Positions 48,099 through 61,413 of a DNA stretch of 64,000 nucleotides are shown in pieces. Position 1 is the stretch's first letter. Every line of letters begins with the position of its first letter. Source of the stretch: Bilabrum cf. latius (taxonomy: Eukaryota); the NCBI GenBank assembly GCA_965178125.1, contig OZ237739.1, positions 1,240,001 to 1,304,000 on the forward strand, given 5' to 3'. The notes under the pieces were generated by a model, which saw only the letters and a list, made by a program, of their open reading frames with translations, was not told where the DNA came from and searched no databases. The translations under genes and the position numbers were made by a program.

Positions 48099-51000
48099 AT
48101 GAAGAACAAATTTTGTCGGCTCTTCCGCTTGGTGCTCCGGAGACGTAGAGCAACGCATGGAAAACGCTATGTGCGGGCGCAAGCTTTCGTGAAGCCTGTG
48201 CCACGAGATAGAATTGCAACTAGGAGCGCTTAGTGGAGAGACTCGGTGCAATACTGTTTGCATCTGGAGCATGCAGTAGAACTTTCAGAAACTGAGGGAC
48301 GGCTGCGATCATCACCAGAGTCTGTCTTAGTAGCGCAAGGCAAAATTCTCACAAGCGCATGGGCGAGGATGGCCCCAAGGTCCGCGGATGCTCATGGTGG
48401 TAGGCAGGTGTACCGGTTCGAGACCGGAATAGACTCTGCAAGGCTTCAAAACGAGCCTATCCGGCTGCGATCGTCCGCCGGCGCGACATCGATCGGCTTG
48501 GCTGCACTCCCGCGGGTGCCCCTTCCTGAGCAGCTCTCGATCAGGAGGGGGGATCTCGTCACCGTGAGGCCAATGCAGCCACCCACTGCCACTGCGAGTC
48601 ATCGAACGAAAAGCGGATCTAAACGAACCAAAAACCGCGGATGGAAGAACTCTCAGTGGGAGGGCAGGGGCGTGGTGGTGGGCAGGGGAGCATCCCACGT
48701 CGACGTGGCAATGTTTGCTGGCCTGCCCCTAGGCCTCTGGGCCCCCGAAGATGTGGGAGTGGGAGTGCAAGCGCTGGCGTAGGAAGCAGAAGAGAGGGGC
48801 CTGGGCATGGATCTTGTGCTCTACTTTGCCACGGGGACGGGGACGGGGACGTGGCCGGGCTCGGGCTCGGGCTCGGGTGCCGGTGCCGCGTCACGCGAGG
48901 CAGTGGCAGTGGAGGAAAGGGCCCTGGCTCTGCCCCCTAGGAAGAGACAGACGTGCAGGGAACTGGGTGCACGGCTCATGAAACTACTGTCTCCACCTCC
49001 GTGCCTTTGGAGGGTGGAGCAAGGCACGAGCGACTCGAATAGGGCGCGACTGGCCCGGGCAGTCTCGCACATCGCGGGCCAGGGGCTCCTACCAAGCGAA
49101 TCGGTGCCTCTGGACGGACATCCACTTCTTGACCGGTAGCAGCAGGATTCCTTTGGGCTAGGTCCGGCGTTTCGCAGATCCGGCGGGGACGTGGCCGACT
49201 ATGCCACTCCCCATTGGATCTCTGGTGTGGTGCCCGACCCTCTCATACGGAGCGGACTGCATTACAGCACGCTCGATCCGACGTGCGCCCAGATCGTGCT
49301 GGGCGAGGCTGGGGTCAAGCTAGACCGAGAGGCTGGTGGGGGCTCCACTACAGCGCGTGCAGCCCGGGCCAGCAGCCAGAGCTAGGGGGCAGCCGCGGGC
49401 GACTCGTGGAGGCCTGCTCATGAGTTGGATGCCGAAGAGCGATCCTCTGACCTAGCTGCGCGCCAGCTGGACAGCAGGCTCATTCGGGGCGTGGTTCCTG
49501 CCCACAGCCCGCCGGCGTGGCTCCGCGATGCGATCGTGTCGTCATGGGAACACAGGAGGTAGAAAGGGCAGTTCACCTCTACCGCCCTCGTGCGAGAGAT
49601 GAAAAAGGCCGAGCAGCTGAGAGGCAAGGACGGGCCATCTTCGCTGCTTCCGGGGGGACTCAAGGCCCCGTGGCATGGGGAAGATGCCGCTCCAGATATC
49701 AGCAGCGTAAGGAAGGATGGATGTCCCGCCCCTGGTACTAGCAGTACGGTAGGAGCTCAACTGGAATCGCCGGGCACTGCAGAACTTGCCGTTGCTCTTC
49801 GATCGCTTGAACACGGCCTGCTGGAGGCTGCTAAGCAAAGGAAGCATCAGCTGCAGGACTTGTCTGCCTTTGAGAACCTGAGCTTGTCCAGCGAAGCGCA
49901 AGCAGTACGTCAATCGGCGCTGCAGGCCGAGATGGTGCTAAGGCCGCTCAGCCAAGAATCGCTGCGCGAGGTGCTGCGCGACACGGAAGCGCTAAACCAC
50001 AGCCAGCGAGTTGCGTGCATGGTCGCATCGGCCTCCGTACTCAGCACGATCCATGGACCGCCGGGTACGGGCAAGACCCGCACTGCAGCGGCCTACGTAC
50101 GCTCTTGGCTCAGGAGGCAGGACGCGGTGCTGAGGGAGGTGCCGGCAGCTGTGGCTCTGCCACGAACGGCGCCGTAGAAGCACCCCAAAGGTATGCAACG
50201 CAGTGCGCAAGATGAGCACACGTGGGGATTTTATGGTGCGGACGGCAGTGGGCCAGGGCAGTCGCCTGCCAGGCTGCAGCGGGCACACGATGCTGCCATC
50301 ATGGGGTCAACGGTCTCACATGCCGGCGACGGTGCTGACCTGTCGCACTCGTACAACGATCCTGTAGGCCAAGAGGTTGATTTCAATGTGGGCACGATCG
50401 ATGCGCCGTGGAGCCAGTCCGTGGAACCTGTTTCTTCGAGCTCATCTGCCGGTCACAGCTTAGACGATACACCTCGTTAGGCCACTGACTCTATGCGCTT
50501 AACTTTCGACCCGAACCGTCCTGCTAGACCCAGGGTTCTGTGCGTTGCCCCGTCGAACGCCGCGGCTGACAATCTGATGCGCGCCCTCATGGCACAAGGG
50601 GTGGGCAAGGGCGTGGACGAGTGGGGCACACGCGAATCGTGCGATTCGAACGAGAAAAGCACTGTGCAGCGCCATTGGCCAGTGTCTAGGCTTGGGGAGC
50701 CCAGCCGCGTCTCGCCCGATCTCAGGCACCTCACAGTGCAGGAGCTGTCTGGCCTATCTCCCCTGTGGAAGCGGGCAGAAGGCCTAAGGTCTGACGCGAG
50801 GCAGGCAGTCGCAGAGGCAGCAGCGGAATTCGATCTTGCGGCAGCCACGCAGCGCGCGTTGGATGAGCTGCTAAGCATCGCGAAACTGAAGATGGTGCGT
50901 AGGCGCGGGAGCAACAGGCCTGTGTTCAGGCCTGCCGAGCAGCAGGACCGAGGCGGTGAGCCAAACACACCACGTATGGTGATTGATGCTGGGGCTGGAG

Positions 51001-53924
51001 CCGCTACATCGAACAGCTCAGACGAGGCGACAGAACCCAGCGACATTGACGCTGGCATGTCCGCCGCCCATGCCTCCATCGGAGAGATCTTGGATGAGAT
51101 CGAGAAAGCCGAGGCTCGCCTGCTAGCGAGGAGATTCAACAGGGACAGGGGCGATGATGTAGAGCCGGGGGAAGCGGAGCTGGGCGCAGACGACGTCGAT
51201 TCTATCCTCGAGCAGCAGGAGCGGCCCGCAGTAAGCACAGATTTTGAGATGGAAAAGGAAGCCGAAAGTTCAACCATCGGTGAAGATTGGGCGATGGAGA
51301 GCGATGGTTCATCAGGTTACTTGCGGGCACCCGGTGCTGGACGTGATGCACTGCCCAGCGATGGAGAGTAGCAACATTCCGGCTCCCAAGGCCCTACGTC
51401 AGAAGGCAGCACAGAGGAGAATAGCCCGGGGTACCTGTCATCGGACCTTGACGAGAAGCTGTGGCGATCCGATGAGTCCGAGGGCGGCAGCTCTGAGCAT
51501 GACACGGACGCCACGGCAGAATCCCTGACTGCCGGATTTCTGAGGGGCTGGAGGGACCGAAGCAAGAGCGCAGTTGAGATGCTCCGCGGGCCCGGATTGG
51601 AATCAGACGACGAGGCTAGGCTGACCCGGCGCAGGCAAGCGAGGGAGGCCATGCAGTTCGAGCGGATGGATGCCGAGAAGGAGGCTGCTGAGGAGAGAGC
51701 GAGGGTTCGGCGGCGAAGACAAGCGCACCGAGACTACCGCAGGAAGTCTAACAGGAAGCAGCGCATGCACGACGCGATTGACAAGATTGAGAGGAAGACG
51801 ACTGGCAGCAGCTAGGGCGGTGGTGGTGCATCGTCTCAAGTGAGCGAAGAGTTCGCCGAGCTGGTGCAGGAGCTAGAGCTGGAGTCACAAACCCACAGGA
51901 CGCGGGCGATCGACCTGAGGGAAGAGGCATCCTCGGCGCTGCTTGTGGCCTAGCAGCTGAACGATCGGGCCAGGAAGGAGGTGGTCGCTGCGTCTAGTGT
52001 GGTGGTGGCGACTTGCGCCGGGGCGGGCACCGAGACCTTGGATGGGCTTGGGTTCGGGCTGGTGCTGCTGGACGAGGCGGGGCAGGCACACGATGGAGCA
52101 GCAGCTGCCGCATTGGCCAGGCTATCGCCGCACCCAATGTCGCAGGCTGTGCTCGTGGGAGACGACCGGCAGCTGCCTCCGACGGTGAAGGCACCGGCTG
52201 CGAGCGCTCTGCTCGATACCCTCTTTGGCCGCCTGGTTGACGCCAGCTCGGCCTCTAGGCGGGAGGAGACGTGGGACATCCAGAGTGCGGGGTCAGTGCC
52301 AGAGCCTAGCAGCGAAAGGAGCGAGGCAAGCATGTTGCCAGGGGCTGCAGAGGACGATCATCGCAGTGCCACGGCTCCCAGCGTTGATCGTGGGACAGGG
52401 AAGAACAGAGCGGCCGGGGTGAAGGAAGACCAGGTGCATTTGGACGACGGACAAGTCAGGGCGACGTACACGCTGCTGCAGCAGCAGTACCGGTCGCATC
52501 CCTCCATCGTCGCCTTCTCCAGTCTAGCTTTCTACGCTGGCGGAGTGCAGAGCGCGGTCCAGGCGTCTTCAAGGCCGCCCATCCCGGGGTTTCCGTGGCC
52601 CCGCCCTTAGGACCTCGGAGGAATCGCGTTCGTGCCCGTGTCTCCAGCCTCGCTCGCTGGCGCACCAAATCACGGTGGGTCGAGAGGGTCTCAAACTAGC
52701 ACTCGCTAGGGCGGGCTGGAGGCCCTCGGACGGGACGAGACAAGCTTCCACAATTTCGAGGAGGCGATGGCTGTGAAGAGGATCGTCAAATCAGTGCTGG
52801 CGAGGGGCGCACTCGGGTGGATTGAGGCCATGACCTCGGCAGCTGCCGAATCCCAGTCATCTGGTGGCGGGGATGGTGCCCATGCCGCCACTAGTGCCCG
52901 CGAACAAGGGACCGCAGCTGCGCTTGCGCCTGCACATCCATATGACCAAGAACAGGGTGCGGCTCGCCCGCAGAGTATTGCTACCGATGGGCTGTACGCC
53001 GCAGTCGGGCAGCTCTGCCACGCTGAAAGTGGATCGGTCATTTCGGGTCTGCCTTCGGGTGCCGGCGAGCTGTCTGCATCGGGGGCGTCAAGCGTCCTCG
53101 AGGCGGTGTCTAGGAGCGATTGGGATGGCGGCAGCCGCGAAGCATTGCTGTTGGAAATCGCTCGAGATACCTCCGAATCCGCCAGAGCGCGTGATGGCCG
53201 GGACATGTTGCGTGATCCACCGGTCAGTGATGCTGCTCTCGATCGGCAGGCGGCTCTCTGGGGCGACCAGGCCGAGGAGGTGGCGCGTGCTGTCGCAGCA
53301 GGGCGGGCTGATGCCGTGCTTGAACTGGCGCAGCACCTGGCACCAGGTGCTGCATTGCGCTGCAGCGCTAATTTTCGTGCTGCGTTGGATCACTGGGGTC
53401 AAGCCGAGGGTGAGGGCGCTTCAGCGATTGCCGGTGCACTGCGGTCCGGCGTCAGCGCCAGCGGGGGTGCCCCGCCCGTGCTGCCTCGGTCGATCGGAGT
53501 GATTGCTCCGTATGCTGCACAGGCCCGCCTGATCCGTAAGGTGCTTCGAAGGGCAGGTGTGCCCGTCCGCGACGACGACAGCTCCCGGGGGCAGCCGCAA
53601 GCCGCGAGAGGCGGGGAAGCCGAGGCGGCTGAAGACTGGCTCGGATCGGTCGTCGTGTCGACCGTGGACGGATTTCAGGGATAGGAGTGCGACCTCATTC
53701 TTCTTTCATGCACGCGATCCAATTCGAGAGGGCGGCTGGGATTTCTTCGCGACCCGCGTCGGCTGAATGTGGCTCTCACCCGGGCAAGGAGGGGCCTCGT
53801 GGTGGTCGGCGACCCGGACACGCTTGAGAAGGATCCATTCTGGTCAGCATTTTTGGCGTTCGTGGACAAGAACGGAGCGCGCATGGGGGGAAATTCGCTC
53901 GCCAGAGTCCTAGGCCGACAGTGA
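48099..53924 (+). CDS. UPF1-like SF1 helicase (IGHMBP2/SMUBP-2/Hcs1-like N-terminus) with large insertions, ~1940 aa
   Basis: [101 protein letters not shown]. One frame with 13 TAGs, ends at TGA. Start is 48009 or 48099. Confidence 0.9.
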
Positions 53925-54111
53925 TTCGAGAAACCCGCGCAGCCATCGCGTTTGGCCACTCTCTCAACATGACCGCGTCATCCACGAGATACGGCTCGAG
54001 GCGTGCAAATATTGAATTTGCAAATAATTTACTTAAGACTGAGAGCAAATACTTCGAGTTCTAGGACTCAAGCAAGTGGCAGCTGCCTGCGCTTCTCCTT
54101 GACGAACATTA

Positions 54112-55515
54112 TCACCAGCACATGCCGCGCTTCTCCTTGACGATCTCGCCGGCAGCCTTGCGGGAGGGACCGCAGCCAAGGCTCGACATGACAGACTCCA
54201 TCATACCCTTGCCCTCCTCAGTGGCAGGCATGTTGCGGAACAGGGAATCCAGGGTCACGTTCTCCATCCGCACGATGAGCGCCTGCTCGTCTCCGTTGAA
54301 AGTGGTCATGCCCACGAGCGAGTCGATGTTGTCCTTGCCCACGAAGTACACGGTGGCGGCACGGCTTGCGGCCCCGCTGAGCGCGGCGCCCTCCTTGATC
54401 TCGCCCTGCTCCTGGTTGAAGAGAGCCTTGGTGACGCGCACCGCCAGCTCCCTGGGCTCGACCTCCTTGCCCTTGCTGCTGGGCTCGGCCACTGCTGCCA
54501 TCGTCCCCACCGAAGCAAACACCTTCCCTGCAAATGCGGTCAGCACGGCCTGCATGGCCTTCTTCATCTGCTTCTCCTGATCCTCAGTCAGCTTGGCCTC
54601 CTCCTTCTTCTTGCCGTCGGCGGCGGGCTTGTCCGACTCCTCCGAGATGCACAGGCCCTCGGCAGCCTTTGCGACCGCGTCGATGTCGAAACCGTCATCG
54701 CCGGAATCGGAAGCAGCGGCAGATGCTGCTGCGGCCCCCCCTGCTGCCCCGCCGGTGGCCGGGCTGCCGCCCTTCGACTTCTTCCCTCCAGAGGTGGAGG
54801 CGGGGGCTGCTCCAGCGCCGGATGCCGCGAGCAGTGCCTTGATGGCATCGACGGATGCCTTTGTGGAGGGCTCGATGTCGGCCTTCTCCGCGGTGGAGCC
54901 CAGGGGCAGGGCCGCGAACAGCGCGGGGGAGATGGCGGCGGTGGCGTTGAAGGCAGGGATCCTGTTTGGCTTGATCTTGGCTGCCTCCTCCTCGGATACC
55001 TTCTCCCTGCGCGCCTTCACGGCCTTCTCCACGGCCTCCTTGGCCTCGTCGGAGAGGGTGATGGAGTCGGCGCCGGTCACCGCGGCGGTGTCGAGCTCGG
55101 GGGTCGTCTCGATGGTGGCGGACTCGAGGCCGCGGGTGAGCGCCTCAAGGAGGGCGGGGAGGCTGGCGAGCTTCTTCTTGTCCACGGTGGAGCGGCGAGG
55201 GAAGGAGTAGCCGACCAGGATGATGGTCTTGCCGTCCAGCACGAAGGTGTTGGTGCCAGGTGGGGTGTCCACGCCGATGAGGTTGAGGAGCTGGGCCTCC
55301 TGCAAGAGTGCCACGAGCCTACCAATGTCACGCTCCACGTAGGAGCTCTTCAGGGCAATGGTGAAGACGATCGTGGTGTATTCGGCCACCTTCTTGTCGG
55401 TGTTCAGGTACTCAGGCACGTCCTTGTCCAGCTGCGCGAACATCTCGCGCAGGCTGGCTGCAACCTTCGAGTCCTTGCTGGCATTCTCCACTTGGAACCG
55501 CATGGAAGAAGCCAT
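54112..55515 (-). CDS. Hypothetical 467-aa protein with strong codon bias
   Basis: Clean ATG-to-TGA ORF, strongly G/C-ending codons, no TAG, no recognisable domain. Possible 5'UTR intron at 55679-55528. Confidence 0.8.
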   Translation of the reverse strand: MASSMRFQVENASKDSKVAASLREMFAQLDKDVPEYLNTDKKVAEYTTIVFTIALKSSYVERDIGRLVALLQEAQLLNLIGVDTPPGTNTFVLDGKTIILVGYSFPRRSTVDKKKLASLPALLEALTRGLESATIETTPELDTAAVTGADSITLSDEAKEAVEKAVKARREKVSEEEAAKIKPNRIPAFNATAAISPALFAALPLGSTAEKADIEPSTKASVDAIKALLAASGAGAAPASTSGGKKSKGGSPATGGAAGGAAAASAAASDSGDDGFDIDAVAKAAEGLCISEESDKPAADGKKKEEAKLTEDQEKQMKKAMQAVLTAFAGKVFASVGTMAAVAEPSSKGKEVEPRELAVRVTKALFNQEQGEIKEGAALSGAASRAATVYFVGKDNIDSLVGMTTFNGDEQALIVRMENVTLDSLFRNMPATEEGKGMMESVMSSLGCGPSRKAAGEIVKEKRGMCW

Positions 55516-56061
55516 GGATGTGCTTGCCTGCAGGATTTGATTAAATTAATGATCGCAGGTCGTATAAGTGTTGGCAGCGATGGTAGCGAGAGCGTGCTGA
55601 TCCGTGCAATCTTCTGCAGAATTGTGCTGTTGCCAGCAAGGTGCGAAGCCTCAAGCTCGGGCAAATGCACGCTGCTCACATGGAGATCAGACTGCTCCTC
55701 TGTCGTCTTGCTCTCCACCTCAATAGGCCTGCGAGGCAGCAAATGGATTTGAAGCTTCGCGACGCAAATACAGCACCAACAGAACCGACAGGACGGACAT
55801 GTCCATGCGCTCGGATACGGATACGTTTCAGGTCATTGCTACATAATTCTCTACATTTCTCACTCTGGGCACTTGAATTTGATAGGCATGGTAAACTTGT
55901 ACGGCAACCACTGCTGAAGGCCCAAGAGCCAGCTCCGGCCAAAAATACTGGTTTTATCCAAGACCAAAGTTGCGAGCAATCACACAATTCGGAGTCTAAA
56001 CAAGCCACGAAACCGATTGCAGCAATCCATACCCCATTGGCGCATAGCAAGCTGGATAGCG

Positions 56062-56706
56062 ATGGGAATTTGTGGTAGTACCGACCAGAATGCATCATAT
56101 GAATACTCACAGCAGAGTGCCTCTGGATCAGGCTCCTCTGGAGCGCCTCAGGCGCACAGGCAGCTGTCACAGGACGAGACAAGGAAAACCTCAACCGCAA
56201 TCGGTTCGCAAGCAGATCACGGTCTGATAACCGCAGCTAGGAGGGGAGATGCTGCGGGTGTGTAGCAAATGCTCGATCAAGGCGCTTCAATCAATTTCGG
56301 CGCTGGGCTTTCTAATACGGTCCCGCCGATACACGAGGCTTTGCTGAACGGGCACGAAGAATTGGCCTGTACGATGGTTGCACTTGGTGCAAGGTGTGAC
56401 GTCAAGGAGCCTAGTGGATTTACTCCTCTGATAATTGCGGCGCGGAAGCAAATGAATGACGCGGCTGCCGCCATCGTCGGCAGTGGGGAGGGTGGGACGG
56501 CCTCGGTCAATGAGCAGGACAAGACTGGCAGGACTGCTCTGCACTACGCCGCATTAAAATAGAATCGAAGTATGATTGGGCTCTTATTAAGCGCCGGGGC
56601 ATTGTCTACGATCAAGGACAGTCGTGGCAAGGCGCCGACTGACCCCACCACCGACAAGGGCGGCATCGTCGAAGCAGAGGCGCGCAAACTGGGAGGTGGC
56701 TCCTAA
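56062..56706 (+). CDS. Small ankyrin-repeat protein with MGICGS acylation motif
   Basis: LITAARRGDAAGV*QMLDQGASIN, PPIHEALLNGHEE, GFTPLIIAA, GRTALHYAALK*NRSMIGLLLSAGA. Two TAGs. Ends at TAA 56704-56706. Confidence 0.85.
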
Positions 56707-56923
56707 AGATTGAGCGGACGCGGACTGATCTTCACTGGGGTTTGATTTGATAATTGCCGACGATGCATGAAAGAGATACTGTTGTTGATGCTATAGATGA
56801 GTACATGCCAGTGGTCTACATATTGGCCGGTTGAACACCCGCCGGCCCGGTGCTGCTGGTTGGAATGTGTCACATGCTGCATGCCTCGACCAAACGGCAC
56901 GCACGGGCCAAAAGCAGCCCCCA

Positions 56924-59900
56924 TCAACCCAGCTTGAGGAAGCTTGGCGTGTCGCTGAAGTTGCCCCGCACCGCGTGCCGGTTCACCAGCTGCCGCACCA
57001 CGTGGCACTCCCCCTGCGCCGCCACCTCCTCCGCGAACGAACCCCCGCGAAGCTTCGCTCGGAGGCCGCGAGCACTGCCCGCCCCCGCTCCCTCGCCGAG
57101 CCCAGCTCCAGGCCGAGTGGCACCCAGCGCAGCCCCCTCCCCCTCCCCCTCACCTCCGGCAGACGCAGACACAGACACCGGCGATCCCCTGAAGGCCGCG
57201 AGCCCAGCAGCCGCACGAGACCTCGCCCTCCCATCTGCTGCGCGCCTGCCGCACTCTGCCCCCAGCAGCCGCTGCAGCTCCCCACGGGCCTGCTCCACGC
57301 CCACAGCCCGCGCGGGATGCTCGTCACCCCTCTGTCGAGGCAGGTCCCCAGCCAGCCCAGGCCCGGCCCCCGCCTCGTGAGGTTCCGCAATCGCCGCGCA
57401 CGCCGCGCACAGATCCTCAGCCACCTCATGCGACAGCACAGAGTCGCCCTTGTACCCTGGATGAGACCTCACGAAAGCCCTCAGGTACTCAGCGGCAGTG
57501 GGCACCTCACCCCTGGCCCTAGACGACACCAGCCTGAGGTACCCGTCCACCGTGTCGAACACCTCGTCGTCCTGGTCCGCACCGATGAGCTCCAGGTACG
57601 CGTACAGAAGGGGGATGAGGCCCGGGAATGCCTCCGGGTCGGTCCTCGGGTCTCCCTTCCCCAGCATGATCTGCTCCAGAGAGAACAGCTCCCAGGGCCC
57701 CGCGGGCACGCCGTCCGCCCCGAGTGGGGGCGACCCGGCGCCCGATGGTGACCCGGACCCTGCCGGACCTGAGGATGGTGGTGACCCAGGCTCGCGCGGC
57801 GAGGGGTCAGAGGCACGGGTCTCGTCCCCCGGCGTGGCGGATCCACCAGGTGACTCGCCAGAGGCACTCTCCCCTTTGCTGCTGGTGCTGGTGCTCCTGC
57901 CGCTGCTGGCCTCGGCAATGCTGCCCAGGGCACGCCCCCCCGTGGCGGGCTTGCTGCTGGCCGACCTCGGCCCGAGGCGAGAGGCCACGCCCAGGGGCTC
58001 CCCGTCGGCGCCGCGCTCGTCCGACAGCGCCGACACGTCCTTGCGGAACCAGAACCGACCCAGTCTCGCGGCAGACCTGCCCCTCGCCGTGTGCATGTTG
58101 GCGTCCACCAGAGACATGGGGAGGTAGAAGGACAGGTCGAAGAACAGCACGGCGCGGCTTAGAAGGGCAATGAACACGGTGTAGGCAGCGTTCTCGTAGT
58201 CGGTCAGCTGCACCTCCATGGTCCTCGCTTCCACCCTCCAGCCGATGCTAGGGTGCGGGCTGCTTGCCGCCGGGCCCGTGCCCTCGCTGTCCCCGGTGGG
58301 CGGCGAGGAGGAGGAGGCAGTGGCGGGCCCGGGCGGCGGGGGCTTCCACCTGACCGAGTTCCAGTTGGTGGACTGCAGGCTCTCCCAGTGGTCCACGAAT
58401 CGCTCGTCGTCTAGCTCCACGCGCTCCCTAAACACCACCAGGGGGTCCCTCACGAACAGGTGGGCTACGTGGCGAGCCAGGCGATCGTCGAGCCCGGCAG
58501 CGCGGAGCCGAGCCAGCGCCCCTTCGTCCACCTCTAGCGGAAGGTCGCTGAGCTCCGGCCTGTTCCTCGGGTCTGTGCTCATGTAGCTGCTTACCGTGCT
58601 GTACCTCGACTTGGCGATGGGCAGCTTGCCCTCGCCCGCCGCCTTGTCCTTGTGCGAGGCGCCGCTGTCCTCGCCCTGCCAGCCAGGCGCGGTGCAACCC
58701 CCACCCCCTGCAGAAGAGGAACACGACGGCGCAGCCGCTGCTGCATCCGGGCGGCCCTCGCCTGACCCGCTTCCAGTACCAGTACCAGTACCAGCTCTCC
58801 CACCGGCAGACGACGCTGCCACTATTTCGGGCACTTCCGCCTCGGACCCCGCCCGCCCCGCCGCAGCCAGAACCGCCACCACGTCCCCGTCCCTCGAAGC
58901 GCCCAACACCGCCAGGCACTCCTCCTGCGACATCCACCGCACTGCGGCACCAGCACGGGCGCGCGCCCGCCCCCTCACCCCGGCCTCGTCCAGCCCCGCC
59001 GCCTCTGCAGCGGCCCTCCCCGCCTCTGCCAGCCCCCCGATCCAGGCCTTCCTGGCGGCAGCTCCGGCCACCGCAGCGGCCTTTGCAGCCCTCGCCGCTG
59101 CAATGGAGGGGAAAGCTCGCCTGGCACTCGAGGAGCTTGAGGCCAGCCGCTGATCAAGGAGGCCGCCCACCGCCCCGCACCCGCGCTCCAGGGGTGTCCT
59201 GCAGTCCACAGAGTCTTGGATGATGTTCCAGCGAGTATCCGTGTCCACCAGCCTGCCGCGCAAGCCCGGAGTCGCGGCGGTCAGCGCCAGCACGAGGGGC
59301 CCCAGGACGGCCAGCTGGTCGTACAGGTAGCGCGACTCGCGAATGTCTCTGGCTTGGAAGGTGACCTGCAGGCAGCACATGCCCATCCCGAAGCCCATGG
59401 CATCCATGTGCACGTGGCCCGCGGGCAGAGCCGCCCTAAGGTCTGCTGCCTCGGCTGCTGCCTCATCACTTGCGTCCGTGCCTGCGCCCGCTGCGGCCCC
59501 ACCGGATGCAGCAGGGGTGGTGAGGAGCGGCCAAGCGGCCTTAACACCATCGGGTGACACTGCCATCGAAGAGCTGGCCGGCCCCGCGGCCTTGGCCTCA
59601 CCCCCAGAAGCACCGGCATCCCCTGCCTCTGCCTCTGCCATCTACTTCTCCTGCTCGACCGCTTCCTGCGCACGCACAGCCTCCCAAGACGACTCGTCCG
59701 ATGGGCCAATCCCGTCCCCTGCCCCGCCCAGCGCCGCCGCAGTCGGCCCCTCCTCGCCCTCGACGGCAGCCCTCTACGCGAGCGCTTTGCTGCCCCGCTG
59801 CAGCAGCGTAGACACGGCCAGCAGCGGAGCAGGTCCCCCAGTCGCCGCTCTGGCACCCCTGGCTGCAGCGCCCGCAGCACTCCCGACAGGTCCGGCCCCA

Positions 59901-61202
59901 GGCACGGGCGCCGGTTCGAGTGCCTCGAACAATGCACTGGGGGCGGCTTGCTGGAAGGGCCTCGCAGCGCCAGCGCATGGGGTGGGGTCGCCGTTGGCGC
60001 CCCTGCCATACCCGTCCTTTGCCTAGATATCGTTGAAGATGGGCACCAGGATGCACACCTTGGCCCCGCGCCGCTGCCTGATGTTGGCCGTGAGGGTGCT
60101 GCGAACAGAAAAGATACGCAAGGTGCAAGCACAGCTGCAGGTAGGGCGCATGTGACACAGCATGCAGGATTGAAAGGATGCGCATATCCGATGGTCTAGC
60201 CACCGTACAGCCGCGATCGCAGCCGCAGTGGCAGTCACATTTGTGAACTGAATCATCTCAAGGATACGTCTCACCCGAACCTGGGGTGCGGAGAGGGCGC
60301 CGCATCGGGCAGGTAGGTCGACAGGGAGTAGGGCCCTCCAGGGGGCAGTGGAGGGTCCGTGGTGGCACCGGCACCCAGCAGCGGGAATGCTACCAGCGAC
60401 ATGGGCACCACCCCGGGCGGGCACGCGGTCGCTATCCTGGCCCGTCGGAGCAGCATGTTCGCCTCCACGTCCAATAGATCTCCTGCCTCGTTGGCGTAGG
60501 GGCGGCCGGGTGTGGCCTCTACCATCCAGGAGCCGTATTCGGGGTGCCAGGTGGCGGGAAGCGGGAGCTGCCGTTGTTTCCTGATGGGTCCACCCGGAGC
60601 ATCTGCAAGCCGCTCCCTGGCTGCTTCCTCTTCCTCCTCAAGGGCTTTTAGTACCTCAGGAGCGCATAGTGCAGCGGCCACTAACGCCTTCTATGCGCCC
60701 TTCATGCTGCCCGAGCTGGGGTTTGGCTCTGCAGGGGCAGCAGAGGACGGCGATCCTGCTGCAGTGGGGTCGGCGCTGGCTACAGCCGCCCTTGAACCGG
60801 ACGGGAGCAGGTGAACCCCGGAAACTTTCTTCCTAAGAAATGATATGAGATGATACTCGACCTGCGACATCTTGCGAGGCTCGGGGAATTGATGAGACGG
60901 AGCAATTGCGGACTAATCCAGGCCCCGTCACCCGGTGCTGCAACCTAGCATCAGCTCACTTCATCACCCCAGCGAAGCACATCTCCTTTCCGCTCGACAA
61001 CACGACGGTAAACTGCTAGAAACTGCGTGATGCCATGCTCCCGAACTGCGAGATGCGAGCGGGATGACACTGCACTCATGGTCCGCCTCATTTGAGACAA
61101 TCAAAATATGAGGCGCGTCCTTGCATCAGACCTCTCACTGTACTTGGCGAATCGTAGCGATACTCTCCATGACAACGGGGTCCCTTCTTCCAGGAATCCC
61201 AT
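56924..61202 (-). CDS. GCLC: Glutamate-cysteine ligase catalytic subunit (GCLC/GSH1 type), 4 exons
   Basis: MGFLEEGTPLSW|IREHGITQFL, WGDE|VEY, WHPEYGSWMVEATPG, HPRFG|TLTANIRQRRG, MDAMGFGMGMCCLQVTFQ, KSRY, ESLQSTNWNSVRWKPPP, GWRVEARTMEVQLTDYENAA. Introns 61138-61046, 60959-60862 and 60274-60099 restore the motifs. Several in-frame TAGs. Confidence 0.95.
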
Positions 61203-61413
61203 AGGGGTGGTCTGTGCACGCCGACTAGGTTTGGAGTTCCAGTAGAAGCCATGGAACGTTCGCCGTAAAATGAAAAGCACACGCTACAGGTGAAAACTCG
61301 GATTTAAGAAACACTGGCTCCCAGCATTATCCGCCCGCTGCCTCAGAACAAGAGGCACTGCGACGTTGATCGCACCAAATTCATATAGAATATCTCTAAA
61401 TAAAGGTTTTCTA

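Noticed and set aside
33984-53924. Functional nucleic-acid repair cluster (OGG1, TOP3B, helicase)
   Set aside because: Interspersed with unrelated genes, and proximity in a compact eukaryotic genome is not evidence of co-function.
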